Of a stretch of 64,000 nt of DNA, positions 1 through 9,502 are shown piece after piece; the stretch's first letter is position 1; the number at the start of each line of letters is the position of its first letter. The notes under the pieces were generated by a model. It was given only the letters and a program-made list of their open reading frames with translations, made no database searches and was not told the DNA's origin. Position numbers and translations under genes: made by a program. Source of the stretch: Candidatus Bathyarchaeia archaeon (GTDB lineage: Archaea > Thermoproteota > Bathyarchaeia > Bathyarchaeales > Bathycorpusculaceae); NCBI GenBank assembly GCA_038883715.1, contig JAVZLS010000006.1, positions 8,255 through 72,254 on the forward strand. The letters are read 5' to 3'.

Positions 1-1
1 A

Positions 2-1141
2 GCCTTTAATTTTCAGCGAGGCCGCCAATGCTATTTCTTGGTTTCTTCCACCCTTGCCTTTTCCAGCAACTGTAACTGTTGTCTCACCGCCAGCCACTAT
101 GCCAGCAGGCTTTTTAACTGGGTTGCCGGATGCCAAAATTTCTCGAGCTAGCGAAGCCAGCATTGTTCCAACATGTCTTGCTTCACCTTCGAGAAGCGAT
201 GTTAACAGAAGCGTATTCAAACCTTCTGATTGTAGGGTTTCACATGCAGTCATGCTTGCGGCTCTGTTGTTTCCAATAACGACGTTGAAAACCTTTTTGA
301 AGATTTCGTCACCAGTCTTCGGCGTTTCTGAGATAAGCCCTTTCTCCCCATCCGTTAAGACTTTCCTTATTGATTTTGGGGCTTTATCCCACAAACCATA
401 TTTCTTTAAGACGTTTATGGCGTCGCTGAAAGTTGTGGAGTCGGGGACCGTCGGTCCAGAGGCAATGAAATCCAGCGGGTCGCCTAAAACATCCGATAGG
501 ATAAGGTTTAAGATTGTTGCTGGATAAGCCTTCTTAGCAAGCCATCCGCCCTTAAACTCTGAAATATGCTTCCTAACAGTGTTTATCTCGTTTATTGTGG
601 CGCCACACTTAAGCAGTTCCTCTGTTATCCGCCTCTTATCAGCTATTGTTATTTCGCCTCTAGGCATGGGCATTAAGCTGGAGCCACCGCCCGAAATCAA
701 GCATATAATTAAGTCTTCTTCTCCAGCTTTTTCGGCTATTTCTAGCATTTTTCTTGTTCCTTCAACTCCGGATTCGTCGGGGATGGGGTGACTTGCTTCG
801 TGAAGTCTAATTATTCCTGTTTTATGCTTGTTCCCTTTTGGAACATTTACAAGTCCATCTGTGATTTTGTCACCTAAAACTTCCTCTAAGGCCTCAGCCA
901 TTGAGCCGCTTGCCTTCCCTCCACCTATCACATATATGTTCTTGAACTTTCCAATGTTGAAAGCTCGCCCGTTAACGTGGAGAATTGAGCCTTCTAGCTT
1001 AAGTTTTGATTTAATTAATGATTTTGGGTCTACTGCTTTTATGGCGGCTTCAAGGCTTTTTAAGGCTAATTCTCTAGCCCTTTTATCGAGAAGTGTCTCG
1101 CCGTTCTGAATTAATTGCTCCATATTCTTAATAATCGCCAT
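2..1141 (-). CDS. Glycerate 2-kinase (GckA/TtuD, MOFRL family), 3' end runs off the window
   Basis: Not in the ORF track because no stop falls inside the window. Manual translation from the ATG at 1141 gives MAIIKNMEQLIQNGE... with motifs GGGKASGSMA, HPIPDESG, LISGGGSSL, SDVLGDPLDFIASGPT and GGETTV. Confidence 0.9.
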   Translation of the reverse strand, partial: MAIIKNMEQLIQNGETLLDKRARELALKSLEAAIKAVDPKSLIKSKLKLEGSILHVNGRAFNIGKFKNIYVIGGGKASGSMAEALEEVLGDKITDGLVNVPKGNKHKTGIIRLHEASHPIPDESGVEGTRKMLEIAEKAGEEDLIICLISGGGSSLMPMPRGEITIADKRRITEELLKCGATINEINTVRKHISEFKGGWLAKKAYPATILNLILSDVLGDPLDFIASGPTVPDSTTFSDAINVLKKYGLWDKAPKSIRKVLTDGEKGLISETPKTGDEIFKKVFNVVIGNNRAASMTACETLQSEGLNTLLLTSLLEGEARHVGTMLASLAREILASGNPVKKPAGIVAGGETTVTVAGKGKGGRNQEIALAASLKIKG

Positions 1142-1233
1142 TCGGAGTACCCTTGTAACTTTTAAGGACGGGGAATCGTAAATGTAATAAGTTAAGCGTT
1201 AATAAAGTGTTTTGCACCGCGCAGGTGAACATT

Positions 1234-2241
1234 ATGGCAAAGCCTAAGGTTTACGTAACCCGTGAGCTTCCAGAAAGAGGAATGAAAATAATAAAGGAAC
1301 GTTTTGACGCCGAAGTTTGGCCGGAGTATGGTCCGCCGCCGAAGGCGGAAATAATAAGGAAGGCGCGGGATGTTGACGCCTTAGTCACGCTTTTGTCGGA
1401 TAAGATTGATGCTGAAGTTTTTGATGCTGCGCCGAAATTGAAAATTGTCGCTCAGATGGCTGTTGGCTTTGATAACATAGATGTTGCTGAAGCCACAAGG
1501 AGAGGCATATATGTGACGAACACCCCTGGCGTTTTAACAGAAACTACAGCGGATTTTGCTTGGGCTTTGTTGATGGCTGTTGCGAGGCGGGTTGTTGAGG
1601 CAGACAAATATGTTCGCACTGGACAGTGGAAGGTTAGCTGGCACCCAAGCATGCTTCTGGGCAGGGATGTTTACGGCGCAACACTTGGTATTGTAGGTGC
1701 TGGCAGAATAGGAACGGCAGTCGCGAGGAGGGCAAAAGGCTTCAACATGAGGATTCTCTATTATGATGTTGTGCCTATGCCGCCTGAAGTAGAGAAGGAG
1801 TTGGGCGCGAAACGTGTGGACTTGGACACTCTTCTAAGGGAATCCGACTTTGTCAGTATCCATGTGCCTTTAATGAAGGAGACATATCATCTAATCAACG
1901 AGGAGAAGCTTAGGCTGATGAAGAAGACAGCCTACCTAATCAACAACTCCAGAGGACCAGTAATAGATGAAAAAGCCCTTTACAAAGCGTTGAAGGAAGG
2001 ATGGATTGCTGGCGCAGCCCTAGACGTTTTTGAGCAGGAGCCCACGCCGGTAGATAATCCTCTGCTTAAGCTGGACAACATCGTTGTGGCGCCCCACATC
2101 TCAAGCGCCAGCTACGAAACCCGCTCAAGGATGGCTGAGATGGCTGCGGAAAATTTGGTTGCCTTCTTTGAGGGAAAAACTCCGCCGAACCTCGTTAATC
2201 CAGACGTTGTTAAGGTACGCCCGTTATCCAAGCTCTTTTAA
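1234..2241 (+). CDS. gyaR: Glyoxylate/hydroxypyruvate reductase (D-2-hydroxyacid dehydrogenase)
   Basis: Motifs [50 protein letters not shown] Shine-Dalgarno precedes the ATG at 1234. Confidence 0.9.
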   Translation: MAKPKVYVTRELPERGMKIIKERFDAEVWPEYGPPPKAEIIRKARDVDALVTLLSDKIDAEVFDAAPKLKIVAQMAVGFDNIDVAEATRRGIYVTNTPGVLTETTADFAWALLMAVARRVVEADKYVRTGQWKVSWHPSMLLGRDVYGATLGIVGAGRIGTAVARRAKGFNMRILYYDVVPMPPEVEKELGAKRVDLDTLLRESDFVSIHVPLMKETYHLINEEKLRLMKKTAYLINNSRGPVIDEKALYKALKEGWIAGAALDVFEQEPTPVDNPLLKLDNIVVAPHISSASYETRSRMAEMAAENLVAFFEGKTPPNLVNPDVVKVRPLSKLF

Positions 2242-2337
2242 ACAATCATTTCAACATTTTTCAACTATAATGGTTAAATATTCTATCCATGTTAACCTTA
2301 ACTTTCAATCGCCCTCTCAAAACATTGGTGGTTGTTG

Positions 2338-3516
2338 ATGGTTTCCATATTCGCGAAAAGAATGGCATCCCTCGGAACTGAAACGGCTTTTGAAGTGCTT
2401 GTCCGTGCAAAAGCCCTTGAAAAACAAGGCAGAGAGATAATCCACTTGGAAATAGGCGAACCAGACTTTGACACGCCTCAAAACATTAAGGAAGCCGCCG
2501 TGAAAGCTCTTTATGCTGGCTACACCCACTATGTGCCAGCGGCCGGCATCCCAGAATTACGGGAAGCCATAGCCGAGTACATTTCGAAAACCCGAAAAAT
2601 TACCGTTTACCCAGAAGAGGTTGTTGTCACACCCGGAGCTAAGCCAATAATGTTTTTCGCCATATTGGCATGTGTTGAGCGCGGCGACGAGGTCTTATAT
2701 CCAAATCCAGGTTTTCCAATATACGAGTCCATGATAAATTTTGTTGGAGCCAAACCAGTACCCATCCCGCTAAAAGAGGAGAACGACTTCCGACTAGACC
2801 ACGAGTATGTTAAGGCCAAGATAACCAAAAAGACTAAAATGATTATTTTGAACTCGCCTGAAAACCCAACTGGCGGCGTTTTAACAAAGGAGGATTTGAA
2901 GGTTATAGCTGACTGTATAGCCAAAAGAGACGACGTCATAGTGCTTTCAGACGAGATTTACAGCAGAATAATCTACGAGGGAAACCATGAAAGTATTGCT
3001 TCTCTTCCCGGGATGAAAGAAAAAACCATAATATTGGATGGTTTTTCGAAAACCTACGCCATGACAGGCTGGAGGCTCGGCTACGGGGTTATGCGAAAAG
3101 ACCTAGCTGAAAAAATCACACAGCTGATGATTAATTCGAACTCTTGCACGTGCGCCTTCATCCAAATGGCTGGAGTTGAAGCCCTAAAGGGTCCACAGGA
3201 CTCTGTTGGAAAAATGGTTGCAGAGTTTAGGAAACGAAGAGAAGTCATCGTTTCCGGCTTGAACAACATTAAGGGTATAACTTGCAAAAAGCCTAAGGGC
3301 GCTTTCTATGTCTTCCCAAACATAAAGGGGATTGGAAAGACATCTAAAGAATTTTCAGATTATTTGCTCAATGAGGCTGGTGTGGCGGTTCTGCCAGGCA
3401 CTTCCTTCGGGAAATATGGCGAGGGATATCTGCGCATATCCTTTGCAAACTCCATTGAGAACATCAAGAAGGCTTTAGACCGTATAAGCAAGACTGTTGA
3501 AAAACTGAAAAGTTAG
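2338..3516 (+). CDS. PLP-dependent class I/II (aspartate/aromatic) aminotransferase
   Basis: GEPDF, NSPENPTG, SDEIY and SKTYAMTGWRLG (PLP lysine). Confidence 0.92.
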   Translation: MVSIFAKRMASLGTETAFEVLVRAKALEKQGREIIHLEIGEPDFDTPQNIKEAAVKALYAGYTHYVPAAGIPELREAIAEYISKTRKITVYPEEVVVTPGAKPIMFFAILACVERGDEVLYPNPGFPIYESMINFVGAKPVPIPLKEENDFRLDHEYVKAKITKKTKMIILNSPENPTGGVLTKEDLKVIADCIAKRDDVIVLSDEIYSRIIYEGNHESIASLPGMKEKTIILDGFSKTYAMTGWRLGYGVMRKDLAEKITQLMINSNSCTCAFIQMAGVEALKGPQDSVGKMVAEFRKRREVIVSGLNNIKGITCKKPKGAFYVFPNIKGIGKTSKEFSDYLLNEAGVAVLPGTSFGKYGEGYLRISFANSIENIKKALDRISKTVEKLKS

Positions 3517-3531
3517 GCGGCTTTTCGCTCC

Positions 3532-3906
3532 TTAATCTTCCACTTTTTCTCCTATCATTGTTTCAACAATTTCCGAGGCTAGCTGTATTAGGTTGTCAGC
3601 CTGCTTTACGGCTTTTTCCCCATTCACTTCTTCCAGCTGTGCCATCTGCTGCATCATCCCCTCAATTTCCACCAAGCATCTCAGAACTGGGTCGTTTCCA
3701 AACTGCATTTTTTCAACAGCTTCTCTGACGACGTTTTCTATGAAGGCTGGCTCTCCTAGGCTGTAGTATATGGCGTTTCTAGCCTTTCTTATGGCTTCTA
3801 GAATTAGGCTTGGAGCCATGTAGGGCATTTTCCTTGCGGCTTCAAGCTCTGCTTTTGCCTCACGTAAGTATCTTAAAGCCCATCCGCGTCTATACTGGTC
3901 CATCAT
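3532..3906 (-). CDS. Hypothetical helical protein, weak HEPN-like N-terminus
   Basis: 124-aa ORF that fills the gap. The WALRYLREAKAELEAARK pattern resembles HEPN helix 1, but there is no RxxxxH motif. Confidence 0.6.
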   Translation of the reverse strand: MMDQYRRGWALRYLREAKAELEAARKMPYMAPSLILEAIRKARNAIYYSLGEPAFIENVVREAVEKMQFGNDPVLRCLVEIEGMMQQMAQLEEVNGEKAVKQADNLIQLASEIVETMIGEKVED

Positions 3907-3956
3907 AGCCTACTGCCTCGCCCGCCTTTTCTAAAATGGAAGGCGGTCTAATAAAG

Positions 3957-4181
3957 TTACTCGCCTTCCTCTTGGCTTTCGTTGGATGTTGGTGTTTCCA
4001 TGCCAGAATAAATGTGGGTTATGTATCCAGCAATCTGGTTCCGCACCCGAGTTGTTGTTCCCTGCAAAAGCATGGTTACAACCCGCTTGTTCTCTTCAAA
4101 GTTGCTGGAAAACTTGTTGGGAAAACGCCTAACAAGTTCTTTGGCTATGCGTTTAATGTGTTCTGTGCGAACTTTTCCCAA
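3957..4181 (-). CDS. rps17e: 30S ribosomal protein S17e
   Basis: GKVRTEHIKRIA...FEENK...RNQIAGYIT; TTG start. Confidence 0.95.
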   Translation of the reverse strand: MGKVRTEHIKRIAKELVRRFPNKFSSNFEENKRVVTMLLQGTTTRVRNQIAGYITHIYSGMETPTSNESQEEGE

Positions 4182-4282
4182 GCTTCATTGTTCCCCCAAG
4201 CACCCTCTCCATGCCGTTCCACATTGCACCTGTTTAAAGTGTACACTCATAACAAAAAGGCTAAATTTAAATTTACGCGTCG

Positions 4283-5080
4283 CTATTCCTTCGAATTTAT
4301 CTTCACCCCGAAAAATTCCTCAAAATTTCTGGCTATTTGGTCTGCGGCTTCCTCAACGCTTATCCTTTTAATTTCGGCTATTTCACCCACAACTGTTGGA
4401 ATGAAAGCCGGAGTTGTCAATTTCCCGTTGAAGGGACTTTTAAAGTAGCGCACTGGTCCATCAGTTTCCGTTAATAGATTTGTTAATGGCACTTTCTTGA
4501 CGATTTCGCGTATACCGTTTGAATAAGCTGTTGGCGGTCCTTCGCTGATGTAGTATCCCCTTTCAATGGCTTTTGATAACGCGCTTATTGGGTTGCTGAA
4601 CCAGTGTAAAAGAACCCTCTTTAAATGGTAGGATGGAAGCATATCAACAATTTGCGCGGTGGTTCCACGAGAATGAACTATCACTGGCAAGCTTAGTTTT
4701 TCGGCTAGATGCAGCATTTCATCAAAAACCTTCAGCTGTTTTTCCCAAATTTTCTCATACTTGTAGTCTAAGCCGACCTCGCCTATGGCTATTAGAGCTT
4801 TATTTTGCCTCTGTTTCACTATAAGCTCTGTTATTTGCTGTAGCTCCTCCTCAGTTAACGTGTTTACATTCCATGGGTGAATCCCCAAAGCCGCATAAAC
4901 CATCCCATTATAGCGTTCGGCAAGCTCAAGGCTTTTTATGCTTGTCTCTAGGTTCATGGAGTTAGAAACTAAAGCCACCACGTTGGAGTTTTTGGCGTCT
5001 AAAATGATTTCTTCAACTTTTTCAGCGTATTCGTCGTCTGATAGGTGAATGTGGGCGTCGACAAACTTTAGGGAGTTCAT
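4283..5080 (-). CDS. TatD family hydrolase/DNase
   Basis: DAHIH, GIHPW, IGEVGLD, VHSR, LHWF, ETDGP. Confidence 0.92.
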   Translation of the reverse strand: MNSLKFVDAHIHLSDDEYAEKVEEIILDAKNSNVVALVSNSMNLETSIKSLELAERYNGMVYAALGIHPWNVNTLTEEELQQITELIVKQRQNKALIAIGEVGLDYKYEKIWEKQLKVFDEMLHLAEKLSLPVIVHSRGTTAQIVDMLPSYHLKRVLLHWFSNPISALSKAIERGYYISEGPPTAYSNGIREIVKKVPLTNLLTETDGPVRYFKSPFNGKLTTPAFIPTVVGEIAEIKRISVEEAADQIARNFEEFFGVKINSKE

Positions 5081-5241
5081 AGCGTATGCCACTTTGAGCA
5101 TAAAACTACAAGCCTAGGCATTTTTATAATTTCCTCTCTTAAATAAAGAAGGTTAGGTTTTAATGCCAAATTTTGGAAGATAGGTTGCAATAAACGTTAA
5201 ATATTGCTTTAAATAAAGAAAGAGGCTACGGAGGAGTCTTT

Positions 5242-5463
5242 ATGGCAGATTTAGAGTTAGCAATTGCCCCCATGCACAGGTTGTGTAAGAAGGCCGGGGC
5301 TGACCGGGTAAGCGAGGCAGCCGCAAGAGAGCTGGCAAAAGCCCTAGAGGAGATAGGGATAAAAATAGCTAAGGAAGCCTTAGACTTTGCAATGCACACT
5401 GGAAGGAAGACTATAAAGGCTGAAGACATCGAGATTGCCGCCAGAAAAGTGATGGGCAGATAA
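5242..5463 (+). CDS. Archaeal histone (HMf family)
   Basis: Histone fold ELAIAPMHRLCKKAGADRVS...HTGRKTIKAEDI; GGAGGAG RBS upstream. Confidence 0.93.
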   Translation: MADLELAIAPMHRLCKKAGADRVSEAAARELAKALEEIGIKIAKEALDFAMHTGRKTIKAEDIEIAARKVMGR

Positions 5464-5574
5464 CACTGCTTCTCCCTTCTTTCTTTTTAAATATGCCGCT
5501 AGGGCTAGCAATGTATATAAGAAGCGAGTCTGGAATCTATCCATAGCCAAAAACGGTTAAGGAGATGCCAGTTA

Positions 5575-5898
5575 ATGGGTGGAAAAAAGAAGCTAAGCCT
5601 AAAACAGATGGAACGCATGCAGATGCGGAAGGCTGAAGAGGAGAAAAAGAAGAAGGAGAAAGAAAAAGCGGCGGCCAAGGAAAAGAAGCTGGCTGGGATA
5701 CTCGTTCCTGACGTAAAAGGCGAGAAGATTCTCGACGAATTAAAAAAGATGAGAGTTTTAACGCCTTATACTGTGGCAACCCGCTTCAACATAAGGATAA
5801 GCGCGGCGAAAGACTTTCTTGAACAGCTTGAGGAAGATGGTTTGGTTCAGTTGGTTTCTGGAAACCACGACATCAAAATTTACAAGGCTATAGACTAA
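5575..5898 (+). CDS. rps25e: 30S ribosomal protein S25e
   Basis: MGGKKK basic N-terminus followed by winged helix LTPYTVATRFNIRISAAKDFLEQLEEDG. Confidence 0.85.
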   Translation: MGGKKKLSLKQMERMQMRKAEEEKKKKEKEKAAAKEKKLAGILVPDVKGEKILDELKKMRVLTPYTVATRFNIRISAAKDFLEQLEEDGLVQLVSGNHDIKIYKAID

Positions 5899-5946
5899 AC
5901 CATTTTGCGTGATGCCATCTACTAAATTTTCACGGTTGGAGTCCAT

Positions 5947-6423
5947 TTGGCTTATCCAAAAAGAGTGTACACCACCAATGAAGTTAAGGAAGCAGAAAAA
6001 CTTGTTAGGAAAGGCTATAGACACCGCCTAACAGTCAAAGGAAGCCCAGATTTTAAACAGAAGGTTAGGGCCGCATTGAAGCTTGTCAAGACTGCTGGCT
6101 ACTACGATTTTTTAAGGTCATACATTAAAGGCATAATTGAAATTGACGGCTTTACACAGCTTCGGGAGTCTGAAGCCTCCATTTGGGCAAACAAGTATGC
6201 GGTGGCAAATCCCGTTGACGCCGCTAGTCTCTTCGTGCAGAAGGCGCATCACATGAAGGAGTATCTTGAAGGAAAAATGTATTATGGAGGAGAAGCCGAA
6301 AGACGCTCAGTGGAAAAACGCATAGAATTCCTTGAAACATTGAAAAAGAAAACCCGAAAAAAAGACGCCAAAGAAGAATGTGAAAAACTTTTAAAAAGTT
6401 GGAGCGAAAGTGTATACCTATAA
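5947..6423 (+). CDS. Hypothetical protein
   Basis: 158-aa basic ORF, TTG start after GGAG; no family recognised. Confidence 0.7.
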   Translation: MAYPKRVYTTNEVKEAEKLVRKGYRHRLTVKGSPDFKQKVRAALKLVKTAGYYDFLRSYIKGIIEIDGFTQLRESEASIWANKYAVANPVDAASLFVQKAHHMKEYLEGKMYYGGEAERRSVEKRIEFLETLKKKTRKKDAKEECEKLLKSWSESVYL

Positions 6424-6801
6424 CCTTTCAACCTTAATAGTTGTTCCACTCTTTATCTTGCTAAAAAGTTCAAGATTTTTGGTAACTTTGCCTAAAACGT
6501 TAACTGGACTGTAGGGCTGGGACTCGCCGAAAAATATGCATAAGGCGCTTCCCATAGGCCAGAAGGCTATTGTCCCCTTTTCAACAGTGCTTTTTGCTTT
6601 TTCTTCGCCCATTTTCACTGGGATTTCAAAGTAGACCTCCTCTTTCCATAGGGCTGCTCTTCCCTCTATTGGCAGTTTTCGGACAAGCATGTCCACCGTT
6701 CTTGGGGCTAGGTGGCGGACAAGCTCGCCTTCGGCTTCGCCCAACCCCTCAACAATGAATTTTATTTTCACTCTTGAGATTTCGCCCTCTTCATTTCCCA
6801 T
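6418..6801 (-). CDS. Cyclophilin-like fold protein (DUF369/TM1367-like)
   Basis: APRTVD, WKEEVYF, GTIAFWPMGSALCIFFG, SPVNVLG. Confidence 0.85.
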   Translation of the reverse strand: MGNEEGEISRVKIKFIVEGLGEAEGELVRHLAPRTVDMLVRKLPIEGRAALWKEEVYFEIPVKMGEEKAKSTVEKGTIAFWPMGSALCIFFGESQPYSPVNVLGKVTKNLELFSKIKSGTTIKVERL

Positions 6802-8128
6802 GCTTCTGCACTTTCCCAAGAAATTCTTCCAAAATTTGCTCCAAAGACAACGGTCCCAAAACCTTGAGTTCGTACCTCACCCTTACCGTTGGCTTGTTGA
6901 TTTCCATAACTCTTCTTAGGTCCACTGGTGTTCCGACAACCACAACGTCGCATGGTGTACGCATGATCGTTTCATTAAGCTCCTCAATCTGCTTTTCTCC
7001 ATAGCCTAAAGCTGGCAGAACCGCGCCAAGGTGGGGGTACTTTTCATAAGCCTCCTTTATTGAGCCTACAGCGTATGGCCTTGGGTCAGCTAATTCGCTG
7101 GCTCCAAGCTGCTTCGCCAATATTGTCGCTGCACCATAGGGCATGTCACCATGAGTTAATGTTGGACCGTCCTCAATCACAAGCGCCCGCTTACCCTTAA
7201 TCAGCTCTGGCTTGTCAGCGATTATTGGCGAAGAAGCCTCAAGTATGATTGCGTCTGGATTAACCCTCCTTATGTTCTCCTTAACGAGACTGACATTCTT
7301 GGAGTCTGCAGTGTCAACTTTGTTTATTATCACCACATGCGCCATTCTGAGGTTGGCTTCTCCGGGATGATATGAAACCTCGTGTCCCGCCCTATGGGGG
7401 TCTGCCACAACTATGTGGAGGTCTGGCTTGTAGAAGGGTATGTCATTGTTTCCCCCGTCCCAAACAATGATGTCTGCCTCTTTTTCGGCTTCCCTTAAAA
7501 TCCTCTCGTAGTCAACCCCGGCGTATACAACTACTCCGTTGTCTATGTGAGGTTCATATTCTTCTCTCTCCTCGATGGTGCACTCGTGTCTGTCGAGATC
7601 TTCATAGGAGGCGAATCGCTGGCAAACTTGTTTGCGCAAGTCGCCGTAGGGCATTGGATGCCTAATAACCACAACGTTTAAGCCTTTGCCTTTCAGGATT
7701 TTGGCTACTTGCCGCGATGTTTGGCTTTTTCCAGAACCAGTTCTTACAGCGCCCACGGAGATTACAGGAACCTTAGCCTTAAGCATCGTCGTCTTTGGTC
7801 CCATAAGCCTAAAGTCTGCGCCGTTTGCCAGCGCTATTGACGCCTTGTGCATAACGTACTCATGGGAGACGTCGCTGTAGGCGAAAACAACTTGGTCGAC
7901 GTCAAAATCTCTTATCAATCTTGCAAGCTCTTCTTCCGGATAAATCGGTATACCGTTCGGATAATTTTTGCCAGCTAGCTCCGGTGGATATATCCTTCCT
8001 TCTATGCCTGGAATCTGTGTGGCAGTGAAAGCCACAACTTCGTAGGCATCGTTGCCCCTAAAATAGACGTTAAAATTGTGGAAGTCCCTGCCAGCTGCGC
8101 CCATTATAATAACCCTTGTTTTTGCCAT
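6791..8128 (-). CDS. COG2403 P-loop ligase (cDPG-synthetase-like / arginine synthetase ArcE-like)
   Basis: GAAGRDFHNFN N-terminus, P-loop RTGSGKS, RHPMPYG, TIEEREEYEPH, WDGGNND, EDGPTLTHG. Confidence 0.85.
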   Translation of the reverse strand: MAKTRVIIMGAAGRDFHNFNVYFRGNDAYEVVAFTATQIPGIEGRIYPPELAGKNYPNGIPIYPEEELARLIRDFDVDQVVFAYSDVSHEYVMHKASIALANGADFRLMGPKTTMLKAKVPVISVGAVRTGSGKSQTSRQVAKILKGKGLNVVVIRHPMPYGDLRKQVCQRFASYEDLDRHECTIEEREEYEPHIDNGVVVYAGVDYERILREAEKEADIIVWDGGNNDIPFYKPDLHIVVADPHRAGHEVSYHPGEANLRMAHVVIINKVDTADSKNVSLVKENIRRVNPDAIILEASSPIIADKPELIKGKRALVIEDGPTLTHGDMPYGAATILAKQLGASELADPRPYAVGSIKEAYEKYPHLGAVLPALGYGEKQIEELNETIMRTPCDVVVVGTPVDLRRVMEINKPTVRVRYELKVLGPLSLEQILEEFLGKVQKHGK

Positions 8129-8208
8129 AAAGCGGGTGCCCCCGCAAAACCACCAAATTCGGTGAAGGCACTATACTAGACTGGTGTAAATATAAAAACC
8201 TAGCTGTT

Positions 8209-9318
8209 TCAACTCCGCCCAATCAAACGAGAAACAGCCTCGCCTATAAATTCTATCTGCTCCGCCGTAACTCCAGGATGAACTGGCAGAGAAAGTACCT
8301 GCTCTGAGGCTTTCTCCGTTTCTGGAAGCTTCCCTTTTCTAAATTTACGGTAGTATGGCATTAGGTGGATGGGCCATGGATAGTAGACTTCGACGCCTAT
8401 ACCTTTCCTCCTCAAATTTTCAACAACAGCATCACGCCTCGCTCTATCCGCATCTTTAATTCTCACCGTGTAGAGGTACCAGCTGTTTCTGCAGCCTTTA
8501 GGCTCACACGGTAGCTGAAGGTTTTTAACATCGCTTAGTTTTGCTGTGAGCCTTTCAGCGTTTTCCCTCCGCTTAGCCAGAAAATTGGGCAGTTTCTTTA
8601 GCTGTACAATGCCTATTGCTGCTTCAATTTCTGGCATGCGGTAGTTGTGTCCCAAAAGGACGGACTTGTACTTTTCCTTCTCGCCGTGGCTTCTAATAAG
8701 CCTCAAGTTTCCAGCAATTTCATCATCATTTGTGATTACCATGCCGCCTTCACCAGTTGTCATATTTTTACTTGCATAGAAACTCCAACATGCAATATCC
8801 GCAAAGGAGCCAACTGGTTTCCCTTTATAAACTGCACCGTGGGCTTGGGCTGCATCCTCAATAACTTTTAACCCATGTTTGTCGGCTATCTCCCTTATCG
8901 GTTTCAGATCCGCTGGCGAACCATAAAGATCTACAGCAATCACAGCTTTAGTCTTCTTTGTTAGCGCTTTTTCAACGGCTTCCGGCGAAACATTATAGGT
9001 TTCAGGGTTTATATCAACAAAAACTGGTTTCGCCCCAGCCAACACAACGGTTTCCGCTGTTGCCACAAAGGTGAAGCTTGGCAAAACCACCTCGTCGCCC
9101 TGTTTTACGCCAGCAGCGGCTAAAGCCATGTGCAAGGCTGCTGTTCCACTGTTTACGGCTATGGCGTGCTTCGCCTCAACAAATCTTGCAAACTCTTCTT
9201 CAAACTGCTTAACCATTGGTCCAGCGCCAAGCGCATGTGTTAGGATGCCGCTCTTCAAAACTTTTACAACAGCTTCAACTTCCTCTTCTCCGATTTGCGG
9301 AGCATTTATAGAAATCAT
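8209..9318 (-). CDS. DegT/DnrJ/EryC1/StrS family aminotransferase
   Basis: NSGTAALH, FTFVATA, EDAAQAHG, SFYASKNMTTGEGG, LSLPVHP. Confidence 0.93.
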   Translation of the reverse strand: MISINAPQIGEEEVEAVVKVLKSGILTHALGAGPMVKQFEEEFARFVEAKHAIAVNSGTAALHMALAAAGVKQGDEVVLPSFTFVATAETVVLAGAKPVFVDINPETYNVSPEAVEKALTKKTKAVIAVDLYGSPADLKPIREIADKHGLKVIEDAAQAHGAVYKGKPVGSFADIACWSFYASKNMTTGEGGMVITNDDEIAGNLRLIRSHGEKEKYKSVLLGHNYRMPEIEAAIGIVQLKKLPNFLAKRRENAERLTAKLSDVKNLQLPCEPKGCRNSWYLYTVRIKDADRARRDAVVENLRRKGIGVEVYYPWPIHLMPYYRKFRKGKLPETEKASEQVLSLPVHPGVTAEQIEFIGEAVSRLIGRS

Positions 9319-9502
9319 AATCAAGCCTCTGCTACTATGCTAGTTCCCAAAAATATAAAATGATTGTCGAATTTGACAACGAATAAACAGCAAAATGAGG
9401 TTGACTATCAGCGACCAACAAAAGCCAAAAATGACTATGAAGTGTTCCAGAAACTAGATTTTTATTTGAGTTACGCTTGTTAATTTCTAGAGGGAGGGGG
9501 CT

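Noticed and set aside
54-1109. Plus-strand ORFs 54-527, 579-791 and 828-1109, and similar antisense ORFs elsewhere (28124-28690, 30392-31075, 53583-54230)
   Set aside because: They are shadow frames antisense to well-supported genes such as glycerate kinase, thermosome, pyrC and a CBS protein.
3532-3906. HEPN toxin of a toxin-antitoxin pair
   Set aside because: No RxxxxH motif and no adjacent minimal nucleotidyltransferase gene.
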